Part shown: positions 54,588-64,000 of the stretch, one piece after another
Numbering within the stretch: position 1 is the stretch's first letter
How the letters are laid out: every line of letters begins with the position of its first letter
Assembly: GCA_963737635.1 (NCBI GenBank)
Contig: CAVTTL010000001.1
Span: 928,001 to 992,000 of the forward strand
Length of the DNA stretch: 64,000 nt
Source of the DNA: an uncultured Methanoregulaceae archaeon
GTDB taxonomy: Archaea; Halobacteriota; Methanomicrobia; Methanomicrobiales; Methanospirillaceae
Direction: 5' to 3'
The notes under the pieces: model-generated
The model's database searches: none
Told to the model about the DNA's origin: nothing
What the model saw: only the letters and a program-made list of their open reading frames with translations
Position numbers and translations under genes: made by a program

Positions 54588-55535
54588 CTAATTGCTACCA
54601 CCTGTTAGCGTTATTATAACCGAACTAGATGCTGTGTTCTGTGCATCAGCTACAACCATAGTATAAGTTCCAGTGGGTCTTGTCACATCGAACGTATATT
54701 TATACGACCAGGTATTGTCCGCATTCAAGGGGAGGGTCGCGATAAGTTGGCTAAGTTGACCATTAGTCGATTGTTGAGGAGTATATAATGTGAGGCTCAC
54801 GCTTGTCGCACCCGTAGTACACAATCCGGTAAAAGTTACCGTTCCACCCTGGCTTAATTTAGATGTGCTTGGCACAATACTGATCGTCCCGCCGCCAACA
54901 ACGGAGAATGTTGCAGTAGCCGAACTAATTTTCTGTGCATCGTAGGCAGTCATGGAATAAGTCCCCGAGATTACCCGGTTCCCGGGGTTCCATGTGTAAC
55001 TCCATGAATTTGCCCCGTTTACTGCTACCTGAGCTACCTGCACGCCGTTCGTGTAGGCACCTGGCCCATAGAGCACCAGTAAAACGGTATTACTCCCCGA
55101 ACAGGTACCGTAAAAAGTCTGTGTGCTACCTATTGTCATGACCGTTGTGCTCTGCTGAATCGTAACGGTGGGCTGGGATCCTGTTGTAGATGCCGGTGGC
55201 TGCGTCACTGTTCCTGCCTGCGTCTGGGCGGGCTGCACAGTCTGAGATGTAACCGGCGTGAGAGCGGCATAGTAATTGGCGGTTTCCGTGGTGACCGTGA
55301 TATTGGTAATCCAGCTTTGGTAACCGGGATCACGGAATTCAAGTGTATGGGTCCCGGCCGATACACCGGAGAGGGTGCTAGGCGTCGTTCCCTGGTACAT
55401 TTTGTCGAGATATATCTGGGCGCCTTGCGGTGAGCTTGAAAACTGGAGAGTACCTTTGCCTGATGTCTGGCTCGATGTGCACCCGGTAATAAGAATACAA
55501 GCGATTAGGGCTGAAATAATAAGAAGCCGCTTCAT
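54588..55535 (-). CDS. PEGA-domain surface lipoprotein with Thr-rich linker and two Ig-like repeats
   Basis: Lipobox ITGC; SSPQGAQIYLD..Y.GTTP PEGA motif; duplicated F.G.C...L.LY.P...N.WSY...GTY modules. Confidence 0.8.
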   Translation of the reverse strand: MKRLLIISALIACILITGCTSSQTSGKGTLQFSSSPQGAQIYLDKMYQGTTPSTLSGVSAGTHTLEFRDPGYQSWITNITVTTETANYYAALTPVTSQTVQPAQTQAGTVTQPPASTTGSQPTVTIQQSTTVMTIGSTQTFYGTCSGSNTVLLVLYGPGAYTNGVQVAQVAVNGANSWSYTWNPGNRVISGTYSMTAYDAQKISSATATFSVVGGGTISIVPSTSKLSQGGTVTFTGLCTTGATSVSLTLYTPQQSTNGQLSQLIATLPLNADNTWSYKYTFDVTRPTGTYTMVVADAQNTASSSVIITLTGGSN

Positions 55536-55643
55536 TCCGTTTCCCTTATACTGGAGAGGTTATCATGATTATCAATTAAAATACTTGTGCAATTGCTTCA
55601 GGATTACAGAAATACCCAAGGTCATTCCCGAAAAAAGGGCATT

Positions 55644-56546
55644 TCAAGTTGTGGGTGCCAGGGACAGGATGTGTTTTGCAAGTTCGATGCTTTTTTCTTC
55701 TCCGGTCATTAGCGTATCAAGGCGTATCGCGTCCTTTACCTCAACTGGATCGCGCACGTCATGAATGAAAAGATCGACCAGATCCTTGTAGCACGCCGCT
55801 GTCCCCGCCGAAGTCGGTTCAAAGCCCGACGCCTTCATAAGGGCAGCTGCCGGACCGCTCACCGGTGCATCCCCGATAAACGGGCTTACGGCAATAACAA
55901 ATTTGTCCTTAAGGATATCCTTGAGGCCCCTGCATTCAAGAATGGGGGTAATGCTCGTGATCGGGTTTGACGGCCCGATGACCACGACATCGCTTGCCTC
56001 GACCGCCTGAATCACTTCTTCGGTACTTTCCGGGGGAGTTTTTGACCATCGCACGACATCGTCGATTCTGATCTGGCCTTTAGACCGGATCCAGTACTCC
56101 TGATAATGAATCAGGCCTAAGTCTGTTTTTACTTTTGTCGTAACTTCGGTATCGGACATCGGCAGGACGTTTTCCCTGACCCCGAAACGCTCGCAGAGGG
56201 TCCGGGTGACGTTTGTGAGCCTCGTCCCCTCCCGAAGCATGTTCCCCCGCGCGATATGCACTGCCCTATCCCGGTCGCCGATTGCTATGTACTCTCCAAG
56301 GCCCATATGGAGAATCTCATCGTGAGTGGTGAAGGTGTCGTTCCTTATCCCCCACCAAGTATCTGTGTTAAGTACCCCGGCAAAAAGGTACATGACGGTA
56401 TCGACGTCAGGCGATATGTGGTTGCCGGATATCCAGATATCCTCCGCCGTGTTCACAACGACCGAGATCTCGTGCCGGTCCATCACTTTTTGCATTCCGC
56501 GCAATAGCTTGGGGGTACCGGTCCCACCAGAAAGGAACGTAATCAT
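55644..56546 (-). CDS. cofD: 2-phospho-L-lactate transferase (F420 biosynthesis)
   Basis: [29 protein letters not shown] and GPSNPITSI motifs. Confidence 0.95.
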   Translation of the reverse strand: MITFLSGGTGTPKLLRGMQKVMDRHEISVVVNTAEDIWISGNHISPDVDTVMYLFAGVLNTDTWWGIRNDTFTTHDEILHMGLGEYIAIGDRDRAVHIARGNMLREGTRLTNVTRTLCERFGVRENVLPMSDTEVTTKVKTDLGLIHYQEYWIRSKGQIRIDDVVRWSKTPPESTEEVIQAVEASDVVVIGPSNPITSITPILECRGLKDILKDKFVIAVSPFIGDAPVSGPAAALMKASGFEPTSAGTAACYKDLVDLFIHDVRDPVEVKDAIRLDTLMTGEEKSIELAKHILSLAPTT

Positions 56547-56586
56547 TACTCAATACTTTTATGCGATGTATATGAAGATTCTTTTA

Positions 56587-57790
56587 GTGAATTCCAAGAT
56601 CATAAAAGATCCGGTCCATGGCTATGTGGAAGTGGATGAAGAGATCCTGCCGCTCCTTGATTCCCCCGCGATCCAACGTCTACGCTATATCCATCAACTC
56701 GGGTTTTCTTATCTTGTATATCCCGGTGCCAACCACACTCGTTTTGAACATTCGGTGGGCACAATGCACTTGGCCGGTGTTGCCTGCCGGCAATTCGGTC
56801 TTTCAAAGGAGGAGCGCCGGTTGGTGCTGGTCGCTGCGCTCCTGCATGATGTAGGGCACGGTCCGTTCTCGCATGCCAGCGAACCCCTCATGGAAGCATA
56901 TCTGGGCCGGACCCACGATGATATTGCCGGGATTGTAGAGAAACAGTTCAAAACGTTGTTGGAACCGCTGGAAATAAGTCCTTCTGATGTGTGTGCGATC
57001 GTAAAGGGCAGTCACCGGCTCTCGGGTATCATTCACGGAGATCTCGATGTAGACCGGATGGACTACCTACTCCGTGACGCGTACTATAGCGGAGCTCCAT
57101 ACGGCACGGTGGATGCACATCGCCTAATCAGGAACATTCACCTGACGCCGGAAGGGATTGCTCTCGACGAGAACGGCCTCAACGCTGCAGAATCACTGCT
57201 CATCGCAAGGACATTGATGCGGCCAACCGTTTACTTCCACCATGTAAGCCGGATTGGCGAGTGCATGTTCCAGCTTGCAGTGTTGGATCATATAGCAACG
57301 TGCCCGGCGGCGGTTTCGAGCGTATCTTTGCATTCGACGACGGAGAATGCATGCATGAACTCAAAAACTCGAAAAGTCCTCTTGCCCGTGAGTTGGCAGA
57401 TCGGCTCTGCGGCCGGCGGCTCTATAAACGGGCCGTGTATGCCGGGCAAGATCAGGTTAATGCAGCTGTGTTTCAGACTGGCTGGTCAGTTGAGCGAGGG
57501 CGAAAGGTCGCGGGAGAAATTGCTGATCTGGCGGGGTGCGTGGATGCCGATGTGCTGGTGGACGTCCCCCCGGTTCCGGGGACATGTCGCTCGAGGTCCA
57601 GGTAAAAAACCGGCATGCGCTCGTGGGTTTTTCTGAGTTATCTCCCCGTCTTGGAACACTCAACCAGACCCGGCGCGAGCAGTGGCGGCTGGGCGTGTAT
57701 ACCCTTCCCGAGTACCGCGATAAGGTTGCCGATGCCGCGGCGGAAATACTACACATCAAAAAGCCTACGCATCAAAACACTCTTTTCTAA
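56587..57790 (+). CDS. HD-domain phosphohydrolase (dNTPase-like); frameshifts near 57303 and 57578
   Basis: IKDPVHG, QRLRYIHQLG, HTRFEHS, LLHDVGHGPFSH and DVDRMDYL motifs; C-terminus continues in two other frames; start uncertain (56566-56587). Confidence 0.85.
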
Positions 57791-57883
57791 TTGTCAGATC
57801 CTCAGGTCAGGAGGGTTTTGCAGGTGAGGGCGTCGTGATAAAATAATAAACTCTAATAGGTGTCTTCTCCAAAACTATCTTTA

Positions 57884-58364
57884 ATGAAACTCTATCTTAT
57901 TCCCTGCTTGCTTCTGGTGATTCTAGGTGTTATAGGGGCGGGATGTACTCAAAGCAGTCTAACCGGGCAAGCCGGTCCTGTCACTCAGGGTACTTTCTAC
58001 AGTGACGACAATGCCAACGACTGAAATTACGACGACACAGCCAACCCTTGCCCTTGGTGATCAATATCTCCAGAACTCCTATCCTTTCACCAACCAAAGT
58101 AATAAGTTCACCGAGCAGATCCGCATTGCCGACCCATCATGGGCAATTGCGTATACAATACAGCCCCTGAGTGAAAATCTGCAAAATTGCTGGTTTGAAA
58201 TGACCGTGACCAATCTCGATACTCAGGAAAACCAGACTTTTAACTGGACATATCTTAATGAGACATACCAGCAATATCCCATGTATACGACGGGGCCTTA
58301 CCAGATCCAGATGACAGGAAATCTTGTCATGGTAAAACTGGATGTGGCAAAGCGTCTTCCATGA
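57884..58364 (+). CDS. Hypothetical lipoprotein; frameshift about 57960-58000
   Basis: Signal/lipobox MKLYLIPCLLLVILGVIGAGC in one frame, Thr-rich and globular part in ORF 58002-58364. Confidence 0.55.
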
Positions 58365-58375
58365 GGTGAAATAAA

Positions 58376-58828
58376 ATGGCTGATATTACCAGCGACTTAG
58401 TTGTTATTACCTGCGGTGTCATCATCGTTATTATCGTACTTGCGATCAGTTTCTTCAGGCTCCGCTCCGCCGAGCGCAGGATGCAGGAAAGCAACAACAA
58501 ACTCAAGGCATACACGGATCTACTCAATGCCGTTACCGAAATCAATCTCTCCGGTGGTGACAGCTACAAGATGGATATAGCAAAAAAGAACCTGGCGCTC
58601 ACTCTTAACCGGCTTAATCTCATTGCTAGTTCCGGTGTTCTTAAAGGTGTCAGCGACCTTTTGGATTTCTTTAACGAACACAAAGACAAGGAATTTGACA
58701 CCCTCAGGCTCCACAATATCCTCAATACCATTGTCATCGAAGCCCGCCGGGATCTTAACCCGTCCCATGCACGCCGGGTGGAAGAGTCCCAGGTCAGGTA
58801 CCGGTTTTTTGGTCCTGTCCGGAAATAA
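58376..58828 (+). CDS. Hypothetical protein with N-terminal TM helix
   Basis: 150-aa ORF with a GAGGTGA RBS upstream. Confidence 0.7.
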   Translation: MADITSDLVVITCGVIIVIIVLAISFFRLRSAERRMQESNNKLKAYTDLLNAVTEINLSGGDSYKMDIAKKNLALTLNRLNLIASSGVLKGVSDLLDFFNEHKDKEFDTLRLHNILNTIVIEARRDLNPSHARRVEESQVRYRFFGPVRK

Positions 58829-58916
58829 CACCGTTTTTCGCCGGTTTCGACTATTGGTTTTTGCATAAACGCTTTTTACCTAGAGGCTCCGACATTGGTA
58901 TCACAGGAGGGGACAA

Positions 58917-59480
58917 ATGGTGCAAAGGGAAAAGGAGTACGTGGTCGGGGTGACGGGCGCAAGCGGGATCTGCTACGCCAGACGCCTGCTCGAGGTGTTA
59001 TGTCGGGATGCCTGCGTGCATCTTATCATCTCTGATGTAGCGCAGGAGATTGCACATCATGAGAGGATCGATCTATCAGGTTTTGAAGCGACGTATCACG
59101 ATGTCAGTGAGATCGGTGCGGGGATAGCCAGTGGATCTCACCGACACGATGGAATGGTCATTATTCCCTGTAGTGCAAAAACCCTCGCTGCGATAGCATC
59201 CGGCTATGCCGATAACCTGATCACCCGGACTGCCGATGTTTGCTTAAAAGAGCGCCGGAAATGCATCCTTGTCACCCGCGAGATGCCGCTCTCGCAGATT
59301 CATCTAAAAAATATGCTCGCGGCTCATGAAGCTGGCGCAACCATCATGCCGGCATGCCCTGGGTTCTACCAACATCCGGAGAAGATTGATGACCTCGTAG
59401 ATATGGTAGTGGCCCGGGTACTCGATCATCTTGGGGTCGCCCACACACTTTCAGAACGCTGGAGTGGTTATGATGCGTGA
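58917..59480 (+). CDS. ubiX: Flavin prenyltransferase
   Basis: VGVTGASG, IASGS, PCSAKTL, LKERR and REMPL motifs. Confidence 0.93.
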   Translation: MVQREKEYVVGVTGASGICYARRLLEVLCRDACVHLIISDVAQEIAHHERIDLSGFEATYHDVSEIGAGIASGSHRHDGMVIIPCSAKTLAAIASGYADNLITRTADVCLKERRKCILVTREMPLSQIHLKNMLAAHEAGATIMPACPGFYQHPEKIDDLVDMVVARVLDHLGVAHTLSERWSGYDA

Positions 59481-60712
59481 GTTTATCGCAAAGATGCGCG
59501 ATGAAGGGCTCGTTATCGATATCAACGAGCCGTGCTCTCCTGATATGCAGGCAGCAAAAATGGCCGCGGGAACGGACAAGATCCTGTTTTTCCACAATCT
59601 TGGCGGATCACGTGCGGTCATGAACCTGACTGCGGATCGGCACGCATTGTCCCTTTCGCTTGACTTAAACGAGAAAGATATGGTACAAAATCTTGCACAT
59701 GCGACATTTGAAGGTACTATAGTCCGGGAAGGAACATTTGCGATGAAAAAGCCGGATCTTTCCTGTATCCCGGTCATGCACTTTTTCCCAAAAGATGCCG
59801 GCAGATACTTCACTGCCGGGATTGTCTTCTCGAAATGGGATGGTGTGGAAAACGCGTCCATCCACCGTATGCTGGTTCTTGACGATCACCGTGTTGCCGC
59901 CCGGCTCGTTGAAGGGCGGCATACCCATGTGATGCTCAAAAGAGCACTCGCCTGCGGTGAGCGCCTGCCAATTGCAGTGGCCATCGGTGTTCATCCGGCA
60001 GTAACGTTTGCAAAGCTGCACCCGTGTGCCGGACGGAAAAGAACTATCCTATGCGGCTGAACTGCTGGGAGGGACACTCCGGGTAAAAGAGTGCAGTAAT
60101 GGCGTTCTTGTCCCCGCCGATGCCGAGATCGTTCTCGAAGGGTACATCGGTGCAGACGTAACAGACGAAGGGCCGTTTGTCGATATAACCGGTACCTATG
60201 ATCCGGTCCGACGCCAACCGGTAATCGAGTTCACCGGTATGTACACTAAACCGGACTTTATCTATCACAGCATCCTTCCTGGAGGAGACGAGCATAAAAT
60301 CCTAATGGGATGCCCGTACGAGCCCAAGATCTATCGCGCGGTTGCCGGCGTAACCGAAGTGAAAAATGTTGTACTTACTAAAGGAGGTTGTGGATATCTC
60401 CATGCAGTGATCCAAATAAAAAAGAGTACGCAGGGTGACGGGAAGAACGCAATCATGGCAGCTTTTGCCGCCCATACGTCGCTCAAACACGTGGTCGTTG
60501 TCGATGAAGATATTAACCCGTCGGATACCACCGACGTCGAATACGCTATTGCAACCAGGGTAAGCGGCGACGTGGATGTCATGGTTATCACCGGTGTCCG
60601 GGGGTCATCGCTTGATCCCTGCCAGAAGGAGGACGGCACTAACGTGAAAATCGGTGTCGATGCAACTATGGTATTGGGCCACGAGGACGAGTTCCGGCGT
60701 GCCACATGGTGA
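59470..60712 (+). CDS. UbiD-family decarboxylase (probable anhydromevalonate-phosphate decarboxylase); frameshift near 60012
   Basis: DAGRY, NASIHR, EIVLEG, EGPFVDITG and VVVDEDI motifs; between ubiX and acnX. Confidence 0.85.
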
Positions 60713-60717
60713 CCGGC

Positions 60718-61881
60718 ATGCACCTTGATCCCGAAGACGAGCAGATTCTTGCAGGTGAGCGGGGTGAGACCCGGCAGAAAATGCTTGAGCTACTTGTAGC
60801 TCTTGGGAAAGTGTTTGGCGCAGAGCAGCTGATCCCGATTAAGAGTGCGCAGGTAAGTGGGGCCTCCTATAAAACGATAGGAAAATACGGTCTCGAATGG
60901 CTTGCAAGCCTCGATGCAAAAGCGGTGGTCCCAGCAGTCCTCAACCCGATAGGCATGCCCCGGAGCCGGTGGGAAGAGATGGGGATTGCTCCGGATTTCG
61001 CAGAGAACCAGCAGGCCGTTGTGGCTGCCTATGAACGTCTGGGTATCCGGCTTGACTGTACCTGCACCCCCTACTACTTGTACAATACCCGGTATGGCGA
61101 TCATCTTGCCTGGTCGGAATCGTCGGCGGTTAGTTATGCGAACTCCGTGATCGGGGCCCGGACCAACCGTGAGGGAGGCCCAAGCGCCCTTGCCGCGGCC
61201 CTTATCGGGAAGACTCCTTGTTATGGGTTACATCTCGCCAAAAACCGCGTGCCGCAGATAGTGATCAGTATCCACGACGACACTTCCGGGTGGGGCATCG
61301 CCGAATTCGGGGCACTCGGATACCATGCAGGAAAAATCGTGGGAAACCGGATCCCGTATTTTCGCGGCATCCACCCGGAACCCGACCAGCTCAAGGCGAT
61401 CGGCGCCGCGATGGCGGCAACCGGGGCGGTGGCGTTATATCACGTTGAAGGCACTACCCCAGAGGCACAGAGAAACCGGTACGACCTTTCCGGCCTCGAA
61501 GTCATTCCGGTCGAAATGGCAGAGATATCACGTTTGTTCCTGGAGATTCCGGTTGATGCCGTTGCAATCGGCTGCCCACATTGCTCTGCCGCAGAACTAC
61601 AAGAAATTGCCCGGCTCCTTACCGGGAAAACGGTCACAAAACCCCTCTATGTCTTTGCCGCTCAGGGTGTCATTGACCGGAATGCGGAGATCGTCGGTCC
61701 CATCGAAAAGAGTGGGGCCAGGGTTTTTGCCGATACCTGTATGGTCGTTTCACCGGTGATGGAACAGTATCATGGCATCATGGTCAACAGCGGCAAGGCC
61801 CTTGCCTACGTACCCAACATGTGCGGCGGACAGGCACGGATCGGGACACTTGAGGATTGTATACGGATGGCTACCGGGTAG
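60718..61881 (+). CDS. Aconitase X catalytic subunit (probable phosphomevalonate dehydratase large subunit, DUF521)
   Basis: SGASYKTIG, CTCTPY, WSESSAV.YANSV.GARTNREG, GCPH and DTCMVV motifs. Confidence 0.88.
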   Translation: MHLDPEDEQILAGERGETRQKMLELLVALGKVFGAEQLIPIKSAQVSGASYKTIGKYGLEWLASLDAKAVVPAVLNPIGMPRSRWEEMGIAPDFAENQQAVVAAYERLGIRLDCTCTPYYLYNTRYGDHLAWSESSAVSYANSVIGARTNREGGPSALAAALIGKTPCYGLHLAKNRVPQIVISIHDDTSGWGIAEFGALGYHAGKIVGNRIPYFRGIHPEPDQLKAIGAAMAATGAVALYHVEGTTPEAQRNRYDLSGLEVIPVEMAEISRLFLEIPVDAVAIGCPHCSAAELQEIARLLTGKTVTKPLYVFAAQGVIDRNAEIVGPIEKSGARVFADTCMVVSPVMEQYHGIMVNSGKALAYVPNMCGGQARIGTLEDCIRMATG

Positions 61882-61921
61882 TATCAGATTTGGGTAAACC
61901 CCCGGATTGCGGAGAGAAGAT

Positions 61922-63040
61922 ATGAACGTTTTTGTGATTCTTGGCCTTTTTGTCATCTTCTGTGCAGTCCTGCTCGTTCCTTTTGCAACGAGAAAAGTCG
62001 AAGAAAATCTTGAAATGTTCCTGTTCTGCTGCGGGATCCTTGCACTCACGCTATCTGGCTTTGCGACCATTCCCGGAGAACATACGGGCTGGAGCGTTGC
62101 AATTGTCATCGAAGCCCTTACCCGTCCTTTAAACATTGTATCGGTGGTGGGTGTCCCAATCGGGATTGTACAGATTGTTCTTTTTATGGGTCTCCTCATT
62201 TACTATTTCCATCACCACCTGGAGCGGGCGATGAATGTTCTTGCCAGTACGTTTTCCCTTGCGGTGATGGTGCCGGCTTTGATCATCATCCTTGGCCTCG
62301 TTTCCAGTATCATATCAGCGATTCTCGCAGCTATCGTCCTTGTGGAAGTTGTTAACGCCTTACCTCTGGTAAAAGAAGCGAAGACTGAGATCACAGTCAT
62401 TGCCTGTTTTTCCATCGGCCTTGGTGCCGGTCTCACCCCGCTTGGCGAACCGCTCACCACGATCGTCATCTCCAAGCTCTCCGGCGACCCCTATCACGCC
62501 GGCTTCTCTTTCCTTGCCGACAGGCTTGGGATCTATATCGTGCCCGCCGTCATTTTCCTGGGTATTCTCGGGCTTTTTGCCCTAAAAAAACGGCAGGCGG
62601 ACGAGACAGACCTGAAATGCGTTGTCGGGCGCGAGAATATTACTGACGTGATCATACGGGCGGGAAAAGTCTACCTTTTCATCATGGCCCTTATCTTCCT
62701 CGGCGAAGGGTTCAGTCCTCTCATCCTTGGCTACGTAGTCCTTATTCCGCCGGAAGCCCTCTACTGGGTCAACATGGTCTCCGCAGTGCTCGATAACGCG
62801 ACCCTTGCCGCTGCCGAGATCAGCCCGGCACTCTCCTCGAGTCAGATCACCAGCGCCCTCATGGCACTGCTCATCTCGGGGGGGATGCTCATCCCGGGAA
62901 ACATTCCCAATATCATCGCCGCCACAAAAACGGGGATCACAAGCCGGGAGTGGGCACGGCTTGGCGTCCCCTTGGGTCTCTTCCTAATGGCGATATTCTT
63001 CGTTCTCCTCTTCATTCCCTCCCTCCTGGGTTTTGCGTGA
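61922..63040 (+). CDS. DUF1646-family putative cation transporter
   Basis: VEENLE.FLF, GAGLTPLGEPL, DNATL and GGMLIPGNIPNII motifs. Confidence 0.8.
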   Translation: MNVFVILGLFVIFCAVLLVPFATRKVEENLEMFLFCCGILALTLSGFATIPGEHTGWSVAIVIEALTRPLNIVSVVGVPIGIVQIVLFMGLLIYYFHHHLERAMNVLASTFSLAVMVPALIIILGLVSSIISAILAAIVLVEVVNALPLVKEAKTEITVIACFSIGLGAGLTPLGEPLTTIVISKLSGDPYHAGFSFLADRLGIYIVPAVIFLGILGLFALKKRQADETDLKCVVGRENITDVIIRAGKVYLFIMALIFLGEGFSPLILGYVVLIPPEALYWVNMVSAVLDNATLAAAEISPALSSSQITSALMALLISGGMLIPGNIPNIIAATKTGITSREWARLGVPLGLFLMAIFFVLLFIPSLLGFA

Positions 63041-63124
63041 CGAGCGACACAACTCTATCGAGACCTTAGTCCGGTAGCAACAACCATGAGCTGCGATGCA
63101 TAATATGGTGTATACGGTGATCCC

Positions 63125-63661
63125 ATGACCTCTGCTGACTATAATGGCAATAATGACACCATTGCGTTCCAGATCAGCCAACTCGATGACCCCGTGATCG
63201 ACAACCGCCACCAAGCTATCCTTGCACTGGCTGATGCCGGGGAGGCAGCAGTAGAACTTCTAATACATTCGCTCGCCGATGCAGGTGACAACGATCACCG
63301 ATGGTACCGGGCGATGGCTCTTGCAAAGGTAGGAGTGCCGGCGATCCCCCAGCTCATTGCGGCGATGGAAAAGAACCCGGACCGCGAATTCCGGCGCTAT
63401 GCGGCGGCAGCTCTTGGCGAAATAGGAGAACCGGCAGTTGATCCGCTCATTTCTGCGATGGTAAGCGAAGACCGGGAACTGCGAGGCTTTCTGTCCCGGG
63501 CGCTTTGCCGGATCGGAAAACCTGCGGTGGAACCGCTTACCCGGCGGCTTTCTGATGCAAATGATATCCTCCGGTCATGCGCCACGCTCACGCTCTGGCA
63601 GATGGGTGAGACCGGCCTCCCCTCCATGATCGAGCAAATCCGGGACCACAAACAGCCCTGA
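63125..63661 (+). CDS. HEAT repeat protein
   Basis: Repeated R..AA.AL..IG.PAV.PL motifs. Confidence 0.85.
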   Translation: MTSADYNGNNDTIAFQISQLDDPVIDNRHQAILALADAGEAAVELLIHSLADAGDNDHRWYRAMALAKVGVPAIPQLIAAMEKNPDREFRRYAAAALGEIGEPAVDPLISAMVSEDRELRGFLSRALCRIGKPAVEPLTRRLSDANDILRSCATLTLWQMGETGLPSMIEQIRDHKQP

Positions 63662-63734
63662 TATCCTCTTCTGAAAATCCCGGTTTAAGACAGGATACCA
63701 CACTATAAATTTTCAGCCACCGGAGTGTACCACA

Positions 63735-64000
63735 ATGCTTGTGCTCTCCCCTGAGATGGAAAAGTACGGGAATACCCTTATGGACGGGCTGAACCGGGCG
63801 ATTGCACTTGCAAAGGAAGCGCGGTCCCGTGGTCTTGATCCAAGCCTCGATGTCGAAATTCCTATAGCAAGTGATCTCGCAGATCGAGTCGAAGCACTTC
63901 TTGGAATCAAGGGAGTAGCAGCAAGGATCCGGGAACTCGAATCGCAGATGTCCCGCGAGGAGGCGGCGCTCCGGATTGGTGACGATTTTGTTGCACGACG
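63735..64000 (+). CDS. polC: DNA polymerase D large subunit DP2, 3'-truncated by window edge
   Basis: Manual translation ...[32 protein letters not shown]...SREEAAL matches the DP2 N-terminus. Confidence 0.92.
   Translation, partial: MLVLSPEMEKYGNTLMDGLNRAIALAKEARSRGLDPSLDVEIPIASDLADRVEALLGIKGVAARIRELESQMSREEAALRIGDDFVAR

Overview
Chromosomal segment of a methanogenic archaeon, most likely Methanomicrobiales (Methanoregula-like). This is inferred from archaeal ribC/ribH, tfrAB, cofD, PolD DP2, Lsm-rpl37e, the modified-mevalonate ubiX/ubiD/acnX genes and bacterial-type ruvCAB. Most of the window is housekeeping (riboflavin, Arg, purine, Met, acetate uptake and activation, redox defence) plus an initiator tRNA-Met. 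About 12 single-base frameshifts in conserved genes are probably assembly indels. The main anomaly is an intact 3,675-bp transposon at 50781-54455 with GGCTTTGCACGTAA terminal inverted repeats, a perfect 9-bp target duplication (GGATGCCCG) and arrays of TGCACGTAA subterminal repeats. It carries a SWIM-zinc-finger/IS903-like DDE transposase, an unannotated 49-aa zinc-ribbon microprotein, and an AT-rich two-gene cargo operon: a winged-HTH protein with a PUR/PC4-like domain, and a 468-aa protein resembling a TGT-like TIM barrel. This cargo is the best candidate for an undescribed system. The second candidate is a possible -1 programmed frameshift (A AAA AAG, stop, 5-nt spacer, hairpin) at 16184-16209 joining a thioredoxin ORF to a Trx-CcdA ORF. 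Protein family assignments come from motif recognition by eye; no searches were run.
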